From a virus (lineage: Duplodnaviria > Caudoviricetes): DNA of 64,000 nucleotides. Position numbers and translations under genes: made by a program. Where the stretch lies: the IMG/VR virus record IMGVR_UViG_2821032209_000001, positions 484 through 64,483 of that record. One strand, given 5' to 3'. Positions 55,820 to 62,854 of the stretch are shown here, one piece after another. Every line of letters begins with the position of its first letter. Position 1 is the stretch's first letter. Below the pieces are notes generated by a model. The model saw only the letters and a program-made list of their open reading frames with translations. It did not search any database and was not told the origin of the DNA.

Positions 55820-56016
55820 AGCGTTTAGTTTTGATCCCCGACGGATGGTCGGCCCCATACGGTGAAATAAAGCCAGGATTGTTCCTAGCCAATGGCGAGG
55901 TGTGCCTAAAATCAGAATACGGGCAAGAGGGCTATTGCGACAGTGGCGAAGCTTTTGCGCGGCATAAAATGGAGGTCCAGCCGATCAAGGCGATTTGGGA
56001 AGAATACGAAGACTAA
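55816..56016 (+). CDS. Hypothetical protein
   Basis: TTGA-coupled 66-aa ORF. Confidence 0.5.
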   Translation: MKRLVLIPDGWSAPYGEIKPGLFLANGEVCLKSEYGQEGYCDSGEAFARHKMEVQPIKAIWEEYED

Positions 56017-56070
56017 CCAACTCGCGCCGCCCACCAAGCGGCGCTTTCACCACAAAAACGAGGAGAGAAC

Positions 56071-56604
56071 ATGCTTGAAGAAGCAGAAGACCGCGCCGCG
56101 CGAGCGGCGGTAGAAGGACGGCAGATGACGACAGGTGGGGCAGTTATAAGTTGCCTGCCAAAACCTTATAACGACAACTTGCCCGTAACCAGAGTAACGA
56201 TCAGGGCGGGGGAGCTTTGCATCGGTGACGTTCCTGTGCCGTATCCAGTGCCAGTTGCCGAGCAACCGGCGCGCAAGCCACTCGTCATCATCGAAAGTCC
56301 TTTCAGCGGCGATGTCGTGCGCAACACCGAATATGCCCGCGCGTGCCTTCTGGACAGCTTGCGCCGGGGCGAAGCGCCGATTGCGAGCCATTTGCTTCAT
56401 ACGCAAGTGCTGGATGATTTGCGGCCTGATGAACGAGAGCTCGGCATTGAGGCCGGTCTCGCTTGGTATCGGGTGGCGGAGAAATGCGTGGTCTATGAGA
56501 ATTTCGGGATGAGCCGAGGCATGGCGGAAGGAACGGCGCGAGCGCTCGCCAATGGCGTGCCGGTTGAATTTCGGCGGTTAGGGGCTTGGAGGGCGGCGGC
56601 ATGA
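56071..56604 (+). CDS. Nucleoside 2-deoxyribosyltransferase-like protein
   Basis: VIIESPFSGD...YARAC...PIASHL...SRGMAEG. Confidence 0.65.
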   Translation: MLEEAEDRAARAAVEGRQMTTGGAVISCLPKPYNDNLPVTRVTIRAGELCIGDVPVPYPVPVAEQPARKPLVIIESPFSGDVVRNTEYARACLLDSLRRGEAPIASHLLHTQVLDDLRPDERELGIEAGLAWYRVAEKCVVYENFGMSRGMAEGTARALANGVPVEFRRLGAWRAAA

Positions 56605-56933
56605 CCAACTTCCACATAGGCCAGAAGGTCGTCTGCATCGATAGCGCTGTCGGCTTCGAACAGTTCATCGAGATCAAGGAAGGCGAGGTCTACACTATAA
56701 GCTGGATCGGACCGTTTGAGCACTACACGCAGGGCAGCTACATCGGCGTGCGTCTGAAAGGCGTCGATCGGGGCATCTGCCCGCAGTTCGGATATGACAA
56801 CCCGCCGTTTGCGGCGCGTCGGTTTCGTCCGCTTGTTCGCGATCAGCTGTCTTCGGTTCGCGGCCTACTCGCAGGCGGTCCCGTCACTGAGAAGTTCGAA
56901 GAGCCGAAGCGGAAAGTAAGGGAGGGCGTCTAA
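56601..56933 (+). CDS. Hypothetical phage protein
   Basis: FHIGQKVVCID...RRFRPL. Confidence 0.7.
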   Translation: MTNFHIGQKVVCIDSAVGFEQFIEIKEGEVYTISWIGPFEHYTQGSYIGVRLKGVDRGICPQFGYDNPPFAARRFRPLVRDQLSSVRGLLAGGPVTEKFEEPKRKVREGV

Positions 56934-57274
56934 TGGTTCCAGATGCACGAATTGACCGTGAAATTGCTCGAGGTGAACTGGGTTCTGGCAAGCAGCCCAT
57001 GCCAAAGCCGGTTCACTTAACCGACCTGAGCCTACGCGCAGCCGCAGCGTCCGTTGCCTCCGACGGCGGCAGCACAAGCTATTACGAGCTACCTCCACAT
57101 GCGACCGAACTGAACGACCTGATCGAGCACAAAGGCATGTCCTTCGCGCTCGGCAACATCTTTAAGGCTTGCTATCGGTTCGGCGAGAAAGACGCGGCCA
57201 GCCGAATGTATGATCTGAATAAAATCATCTATTTTGCGGAGAGGCTGAAGGCGTTGGAGAGCAGGAAGGTCTGA
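56933..57274 (+). CDS. DUF3310-like phage protein
   Basis: DGGSTSYY...GNIFKACYR...DLNKIIYFA. Confidence 0.7.
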   Translation: MVPDARIDREIARGELGSGKQPMPKPVHLTDLSLRAAAASVASDGGSTSYYELPPHATELNDLIEHKGMSFALGNIFKACYRFGEKDAASRMYDLNKIIYFAERLKALESRKV

Positions 57275-57375
57275 TCAAAAAGAACCCCGCGGCGAGAACC
57301 GCGCGGGGTTAAGGCTACTGAGCCCTCTCTCCCAAGGGCGACAGAAATTTATCCAATTGGGCAAAAAAGTAAATA

Positions 57376-57573
57376 CTAGTCCTTCGACCGATCCGGATAG
57401 GGTTCTTTTGGCAATCTAATATTAGGATTGCCAGGCGAGTTTGTCTGCTCATGGGTAGGTTTTTCCTGATGGTCGCTGGGTTCGACAGGAGAAGGATCCC
57501 CGGCTTCTTTCTCCCGCACGAGCTTTGGATCTGACCAAGGGTTTACCGTTCTGGGAATTTTTTTCACTTTCAT
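57376..57573 (-). CDS. Small low-complexity protein in the Ku operon
   Basis: ATGA-coupled to the Ku gene. Confidence 0.4.
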   Translation of the reverse strand: MKVKKIPRTVNPWSDPKLVREKEAGDPSPVEPSDHQEKPTHEQTNSPGNPNIRLPKEPYPDRSKD

Positions 57574-58382
57574 TTGTTTTTCCTCGTTTCGTTCTTCAAC
57601 GAGTTCCGCAAAGCGTCCATGATGTTAATAACGTTGCCGCGTTGCGGTTCAGCGTCGGTCGCTTTCTGCTTCGCTTTCGTCGGCTTTTTCAGTGTCTTCT
57701 TTTTGGCTGCTATGATGTCAAGCAGGTGCTCTTGAACTGGGTCTTGGACTAGGTCGGGCTTCCAGTCCCGGGTTTGCTTTTTGATGAACTTTTCAATCAG
57801 CGGCAGTGCGTCCGGATCGGCCTTCTCCTCGCCAATGCTTTCAAAATAGAGATCTTCGTCGCGCACTTCGTCACCGTAGCGCAGGGTCCAGAGAATAATC
57901 CCTTTGCCGCGCGGCTCAAGCATAACGGCCCGTTCGCGCCGAGACAGGACCAACCTTGATATGCCAACCTTGTTTTCGGCTTTCATAGCCTCACGAATAA
58001 CCGAGAAGGCTTCCTCGCCGACGGGATCGCTAGGAGACAAATAGTAAGGGGTGTCGAGCCAAATCCACCCGATACTCTCACGAGGTGAGAACATTTCAAT
58101 ATCGATCGTTTTGGTGCTATCGAGCGCAACGTTCTCCAGTTCATCATCTTCGAGGAGAACATATTCACCTTCTCCTCGCTCGTAGCCTTTGGCCTCATCG
58201 CCTTCCCTGACGTCCTTGCCGGTGACTGCGTCGACATAGTGACTGACAACACGGTTCTGGGTCTGTCGGTTTAAGGTGTGAAAACGGACCTTTTCACTTT
58301 CAGAAGTCGCTGGCATCATCTCGACAGGGCAGGTGACAAGCGAGAGCTTCAGGTATCCCTTCCAGTATGGACGAACAGCCAT
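57570..58382 (-). CDS. ku: NHEJ Ku protein (paralog 2)
   Basis: RPYWKGYLKLSLVTCPV, KGYE, PYYL, NVINIMDALRNSL. Confidence 0.93.
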   Translation of the reverse strand: MAVRPYWKGYLKLSLVTCPVEMMPATSESEKVRFHTLNRQTQNRVVSHYVDAVTGKDVREGDEAKGYERGEGEYVLLEDDELENVALDSTKTIDIEMFSPRESIGWIWLDTPYYLSPSDPVGEEAFSVIREAMKAENKVGISRLVLSRRERAVMLEPRGKGIILWTLRYGDEVRDEDLYFESIGEEKADPDALPLIEKFIKKQTRDWKPDLVQDPVQEHLLDIIAAKKKTLKKPTKAKQKATDAEPQRGNVINIMDALRNSLKNETRKNK

Positions 58383-58394
58383 CTCGAATTCTCC

Positions 58395-59288
58395 TTAACT
58401 TGCCCGTCTCGTGGGTGAAACAGACTTTCTGGAACTTGTGGCTGTTTTGGTGGTCTTTCTCCGAGCTGGGGCGCGATCAGCGTTGGCCGCCGTGCGTTTC
58501 GTTTTCGCGACACCAAGGCCGGCGCTTTCGCGGAGAGCCTGTAGCAAATCGCTCGGCTTGGATGCGACGGGCGCCTTTTTCTTAGGAAGGGTTCGACCTT
58601 CAATTTTTGCCTTGACCAGGTCGGCCACAGCCTCCTCATATCGGTCGTCAAACTTGCTGGCATCAAATTCGCCAGCCTTGGTGCCGATGATATGTTCCGC
58701 TAATTCCAGCATTTCGCCTTCAATCTTGATATCCGGCACATCCTCGAACGCTTTCTCAGCAGATCGCACCTCGTAATCGAAATTGAGCGTTGAAGCCGTC
58801 AGACCCTTTCCGTGGGCCCGGATAAGCACCGTCCGCATGCGGCGGAATAAAACTGTGCGTGCTATGGCAGCCACCTTGGCCTTTCTCATCCCATCGCGAA
58901 GCAGGACAAAGGCCTCCGTACCCATCTTGTCCGGAGCGAGGTAGTAAGGCTTGTCGAAATAAGCCGTATCAACCTGGTCGCATGGAATAAAGGTTTCGAT
59001 CTGTAAGGTCTTGTCACTTTCGGGGATCGCGGCGGCAATCTCTTCGGGCTCGAGAACCACATATCGGTGATCATCCACCTCGTATCCCTTGACCTGATCC
59101 TCACGTTCCACGGGCTTGCAGGTTTCACTGTCTATATATTCACGGCGTACGCGATTTCCCGTCTTGCGGTTAATCGTGTGGAACGAGATTCGTTCAGACG
59201 TAGATGCCGCTGTATATAAAGCTACCGGGCATGATACCTCCCCGAACTTTATATATCCCTTCCAATTAGCTCTCGGCGACGCTACCAT
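58395..59288 (-). CDS. ku: NHEJ Ku protein (paralog 1)
   Basis: RANWKGYIKFGEVSCPVALY, VKGYE, YFDKPYYL, FDDRYE, DLLQALRES, basic tail. Confidence 0.93.
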   Translation of the reverse strand: MVASPRANWKGYIKFGEVSCPVALYTAASTSERISFHTINRKTGNRVRREYIDSETCKPVEREDQVKGYEVDDHRYVVLEPEEIAAAIPESDKTLQIETFIPCDQVDTAYFDKPYYLAPDKMGTEAFVLLRDGMRKAKVAAIARTVLFRRMRTVLIRAHGKGLTASTLNFDYEVRSAEKAFEDVPDIKIEGEMLELAEHIIGTKAGEFDASKFDDRYEEAVADLVKAKIEGRTLPKKKAPVASKPSDLLQALRESAGLGVAKTKRTAANADRAPARRKTTKTATSSRKSVSPTRRAS

Positions 59289-59357
59289 TTTACTTACTCC
59301 CGACACCGACACCGACACCGACAACACGATGCGTGCGAATCACTTGCAATCGAGTCG

Positions 59358-59382
59358 AACGAATCACTCTCTGATTCGTTCC
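59358..59382 (-). promoter_or_regulatory. General-stress ECF (EcfG/RpoE2-type) promoter of the ku-ku operon
   Basis: GGAAC-N17-GTT; a second GGAAC-N17-GTT at 59536-59512. Confidence 0.65.
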
Positions 59383-59654
59383 GGGGCGTAGAGATTCATT
59401 TTGAGGAGCATCCAATGAAAACCCCGAATGACCGTTGCAGGTCACTCGGGGATCCCATGAGTTCGGTGTGCCCAAACTCAGCGGTCGCTCTCTTTGGGGG
59501 AGCGATAGCGAAACTATTTCTGATCTATTTTGTTCCTTAGAAAGGTAAGCCCCTGACGCTTATGTGATGGGCGCGCTGCGCCCAAAGGCACGGCGCGCAC
59601 ATCGAAAAAAAGCCCCGCTTGATCGGCGGGGCAATTGGTGTCATTGCAATGGTA

Positions 59655-59948
59655 TTAACCCACGACTGGGTTATTTGTTCCTTCAGGTATGTCGGAATTG
59701 GTCTGCATTGCGCGTAGGTCGTGCCGAATAGTATATCGCTGATGCGCCAATCTGGCAGCAAGTTCAGTTAGTCGCGACCTTTCACGAAGTCCGTGTTCGT
59801 AGAGCATTAGGATACAGGATGCGAGTTCACTACCCGAATAGTTGTGGTCACTTTCTTCCAATAAGACAGCAGCGTTGGTGAAGCAGCTACGTAGGAAGTC
59901 CACTTCAGCAGGAATGTATATTCGGCTCGCTTCGTTGAAAAACGGCAT
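59655..59948 (-). CDS. Hypothetical protein
   Basis: AGGAGG RBS; 97 aa. Confidence 0.6.
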   Translation of the reverse strand: MPFFNEASRIYIPAEVDFLRSCFTNAAVLLEESDHNYSGSELASCILMLYEHGLRERSRLTELAARLAHQRYTIRHDLRAMQTNSDIPEGTNNPVVG

Positions 59949-60176
59949 GTCAGCCTCCTTATACTAAAGGCGTAATCGTAGCTTCATTAGCGATATCTAA
60001 AAAGCAAAATTTTAACAATTTTGGCAACGTAACGCTCGGTCTAAGAATAGTGAACCCCGCCAGCCATTTAGCTGACAAGGCGCGTGCCTGCCGAACCGAG
60101 GCAGGCCGATATTAGGCACGTCGTCGTTGCCAAAAACGGCGAAAGAACCGGCAAAACGGGGAACAGAAGGCTGGTG

Positions 60177-60458
60177 CTATTCCTCCGGATCGGTTCCTGT
60201 CACGCCGCGGTGCATGTTCTCAGCAACTATCCTTATTGCGGTTGCCGCTTCCTCCTCCGACCATCCGGCCTCTACAGCGTCCTGGATGAGTTCGGGCACG
60301 CCGATCACCTGAGTGCGGGCTATGGCCGCAGTGACCTCTGCGTCTCTGGCGCCGGATACCACAGCTCGCTCGACCAGCTCCGCAATTCCTTGCGATACCG
60401 CTTCTTGGCAGTCGATTTCACGATCTGGATAATCACCCGGTTGTTTTGGTCCGAACAT
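60177..60458 (-). CDS. Hypothetical protein (PDREIDCQEA...AGWSEEE family)
   Basis: GGAGG RBS; downstream of SRAP. Confidence 0.6.
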   Translation of the reverse strand: MFGPKQPGDYPDREIDCQEAVSQGIAELVERAVVSGARDAEVTAAIARTQVIGVPELIQDAVEAGWSEEEAATAIRIVAENMHRGVTGTDPEE

Positions 60459-60468
60459 TCCATCCTCC

Positions 60469-61146
60469 CTAGAATAAACTTGCCTGTGCTTCCTCGATGT
60501 GATTGCTTGGCGTTAGGTCGATCAGATCAGCGTCTGGCAGGGGTTTCTGCATGTCCTTGGCTTCATTCCACGGCGCACGTAGCCAAGTATCTATTTCTTC
60601 CGTGGTGCGGAGTATGACCGGCATTGCCTTTGGATGAACTGGCCAGACAACGCCATTCGCCTCGGTCGTAAGAAATGCAAAGATATCGATCTCGACCAGA
60701 CCTTCTTTACGCTTTCGGATCGCTTTCCATCGCGTCCAAAGTCCAGCGAACGCAAACAAAGGCTTTTCCTCATTCAGAGCAAACCAGTGAGCGGGGAGCT
60801 TTCCAGTTTTCGGATCGCGGACTTTACCGTACTCGGAAAATGAGGTGGCCGGGACGACGCAACGATGCTCGACGCCAAACCATGGCCGCCAATGCCCTGA
60901 CTTGAGATTTCGTATGTTGGTAACGCCGCTGTCCACGTCAGATTTCAACTTCTCTGGCGGTGTCGGCATGCCCCATCGAAGCATCGCCAGTTCCGGCTCA
61001 TCGCCTTTGACATTTCTCAACACTGGCGCGGGATAGTCGGGATAGATATCCAACTGTGGATCGATGCGGTTCGTCATATCCGAGAATTTCGGGAACAGGC
61101 GGCGCATGGCCTCATGGTTCGTCGTGATGTTGTATAGATTGCACAT
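60469..61146 (-). CDS. SRAP/HMCES (SOS response-associated) abasic-site protein
   Basis: N-terminal MCNLY, RWGM, TNIR, RCVVP, FAFAGLW, VHPKAMPVIL. Confidence 0.92.
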   Translation of the reverse strand: MCNLYNITTNHEAMRRLFPKFSDMTNRIDPQLDIYPDYPAPVLRNVKGDEPELAMLRWGMPTPPEKLKSDVDSGVTNIRNLKSGHWRPWFGVEHRCVVPATSFSEYGKVRDPKTGKLPAHWFALNEEKPLFAFAGLWTRWKAIRKRKEGLVEIDIFAFLTTEANGVVWPVHPKAMPVILRTTEEIDTWLRAPWNEAKDMQKPLPDADLIDLTPSNHIEEAQASLF

Positions 61147-61205
61147 GCGCGCCTCCTCTTTTGCGAAAAGAATAGTGCGCTTATGATCTGCGTCCATACG
61201 TTGAT

Positions 61206-61230
61206 GGAACATCACTGCGATAAGACTGTT
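61206..61230 (+). promoter_or_regulatory. General-stress ECF-type promoter
   Basis: GGAAC-N17-GTT upstream of 61267. Confidence 0.55.
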
Positions 61231-61266
61231 ACCTTAGACGATTGAACATGCCGAGGAGCCGGTCGA

Positions 61267-61536
61267 ATGAAATGGATAGCTGTAGCAGTTGGCCTCGTGG
61301 TCATGTCCAGCGCGTCATTTGCGCAAGGATCTGGAGCGCCATCGCAATCTGGTGGGCAGGAACCTGAAGTGCCGGGTAACCCTCCAGCAGCACCGGGCCA
61401 GCCACCATCCGATCCAGACAGCACCCAAGTCCCGTCGTCGCAAAAGCAAGATCAGATACAGAAGCCGGAGATAGACGCATGTTCGCCTGGGCAGGAAGCA
61501 AAAACCTGCGTTGAAAAGCAGCGTGGCACCAAGTAG
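61267..61536 (+). CDS. Small secreted Pro/Gln-rich protein
   Basis: Sec signal MKWIAVAVGLVVMSSASFA; AGGAG RBS. Confidence 0.7.
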   Translation: MKWIAVAVGLVVMSSASFAQGSGAPSQSGGQEPEVPGNPPAAPGQPPSDPDSTQVPSSQKQDQIQKPEIDACSPGQEAKTCVEKQRGTK

Positions 61537-61539
61537 CTC

Positions 61540-61725
61540 TTATTTGCGCCGTCCAGCCAAGGCTTCTTCGCCTTCCTGTTTATGCTCACGGCAGAACCAG
61601 AGTTGAGCCGTAGCGGTCTTGTAGCCGAACGTTCCCCACACCTTGCAGCCCTTCGCATCGCAGAAGTGCTCAAACAACTTGTTGCCTTTGGCGCTGGTAG
61701 TTCTGTCGGTCTTGTACCCAGTCAT
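61540..61725 (-). CDS. Small Zn-finger-like protein
   Basis: HFCDAKGC...WFCREH. Confidence 0.6.
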   Translation of the reverse strand: MTGYKTDRTTSAKGNKLFEHFCDAKGCKVWGTFGYKTATAQLWFCREHKQEGEEALAGRRK

Positions 61726-61728
61726 TCT

Positions 61729-61974
61729 CTATCTCGGTGGTTTTGTAATCCCGAATTGTGCATCGCCCTTGGCTGTACAGGCCTTGCACCGCATTCGCGG
61801 GTGCAAATCCTCGAAGTAGGTGTGCGTGCCAAACTTTCGCAGAATGATGGTTCTGTCCACCGATCCGATATGACCGCAGCGACAGCAATAGCCGTACAGT
61901 TCGTACCAGCCAAACAAATCCATTATCCGAGCCGAAGCAGGCATTTCCTTCAGGAAGGTCGGTCTTATTCTCAT
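61729..61974 (-). CDS. Small Zn-ribbon protein
   Basis: CCRCGH...RCKAC. Confidence 0.65.
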   Translation of the reverse strand: MRIRPTFLKEMPASARIMDLFGWYELYGYCCRCGHIGSVDRTIILRKFGTHTYFEDLHPRMRCKACTAKGDAQFGITKPPR

Positions 61975-62267
61975 TTCTCAAAATACGTCTCCCACGGCTT
62001 GGAAGACTTATCGGCAGGGTCGTGCGGCTTGCCGCCGTAGAGACGGATGAACTCGTTCTGTCCCTCCCGAGTGTTAAAGCGCGCAATGCTAAATTCCGTC
62101 AGATTGTGTTGAGCTCCACCCCAAAGCCGATACCCGCCCAATCTCTCTCGGTCGTTCAACATTTGAACGAGGTTTGTTCGGTGCCAGTCTGTGAGGTGAA
62201 GCACTACCTGAAACGGGTAATCTTTATTGATAAGGCTTTTTGGCGGCTCACCGCGTGAACGGCTCAT
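61971..62267 (-). CDS. Hypothetical protein
   Basis: YPFQVVL...F...F...YGGKP; similar in layout to 62284..62532. Confidence 0.65.
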   Translation of the reverse strand: MSRSRGEPPKSLINKDYPFQVVLHLTDWHRTNLVQMLNDRERLGGYRLWGGAQHNLTEFSIARFNTREGQNEFIRLYGGKPHDPADKSSKPWETYFEK

Positions 62268-62283
62268 TTGGGAGACTCAATTC

Positions 62284-62532
62284 TTATCGCACAACGATTC
62301 TTTCCCACTTGTCGGCAGAAGCGGTAACGCCAAAAGGCTTGCCGCCATGCCGACGCATGAAAGCGCTCATGCACTTTTCAGTAGGGAAACTGAATACGCA
62401 GAAATCGATTCCGGATTTGCGGGCCATGCGATGAGGTAAGCGGGCGCCAAGGCGATCGGCGTCGCGGTGTACTTCGCGCCGGGCGCATTTCAGAGCGTAA
62501 GCTTCAGGAAGGGCGACTTGGAACGTTTTCAT
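62284..62532 (-). CDS. Hypothetical protein
   Basis: FQVAL...FSF...FMRRHGGKP. Confidence 0.6.
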   Translation of the reverse strand: MKTFQVALPEAYALKCARREVHRDADRLGARLPHRMARKSGIDFCVFSFPTEKCMSAFMRRHGGKPFGVTASADKWERIVVR

Positions 62533-62717
62533 CACGCTGCCCTCTTGAATAGGTCAGCGCGTTGGCCATGCGTAATGGCGAGGCGAGAAAGTTCGACTTC
62601 GCGCGCCAGAAAGTCACGCTCTTTCAGGAGCGCCTCAATGGCCGCGTGCACATCGCCGCCGTGGTAGGCGAGTACCTGCTGAATTTCGTCTTCATAATTT
62701 TGCACAAGAGCGTTCAT
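62532..62717 (-). CDS. Hypothetical protein, first gene of the LexA-boxed operon
   Basis: AGGAGG RBS; YHGGDVHAAIEALL. Confidence 0.65.
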   Translation of the reverse strand: MNALVQNYEDEIQQVLAYHGGDVHAAIEALLKERDFLAREVELSRLAITHGQRADLFKRAA

Positions 62718-62740
62718 GGCTTCCTCCTGCTAATTTAGAT

Positions 62741-62755
62741 GTTCCCATTTTGTTC
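62741..62755 (-). promoter_or_regulatory. Alphaproteobacterial LexA box
   Basis: GTTC-CCATTTT-GTTC (GAAC-N7-GAAC on the minus strand), downstream of TTGAC at 62775-62771. Confidence 0.75.
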
Positions 62756-62854
62756 TCATGCAGAACGAAAGTCAACAGGGGACGATTCCGTATCGTTGGC
62801 TTGTCGGTTCGTGTGCCGTTGTATATTATGTGCCAAAATTATCAGGAGTTCATT

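Noticed and set aside
59301-59327. (CGACAC)n short tandem repeat upstream of ku
   Set aside because: Only about 4 units in a 5' UTR; too short to argue for phase variation, and it explains the spurious SVSVSVS N-terminal extension in the ORF track
547-62717. Frequent C-terminal AA/VA alone as proof of ClpX degrons
   Set aside because: Many genes end in GCAGCATGA because of ATGA coupling and embedded RBSs, which biases endings; counted only as support where ANDN is also present
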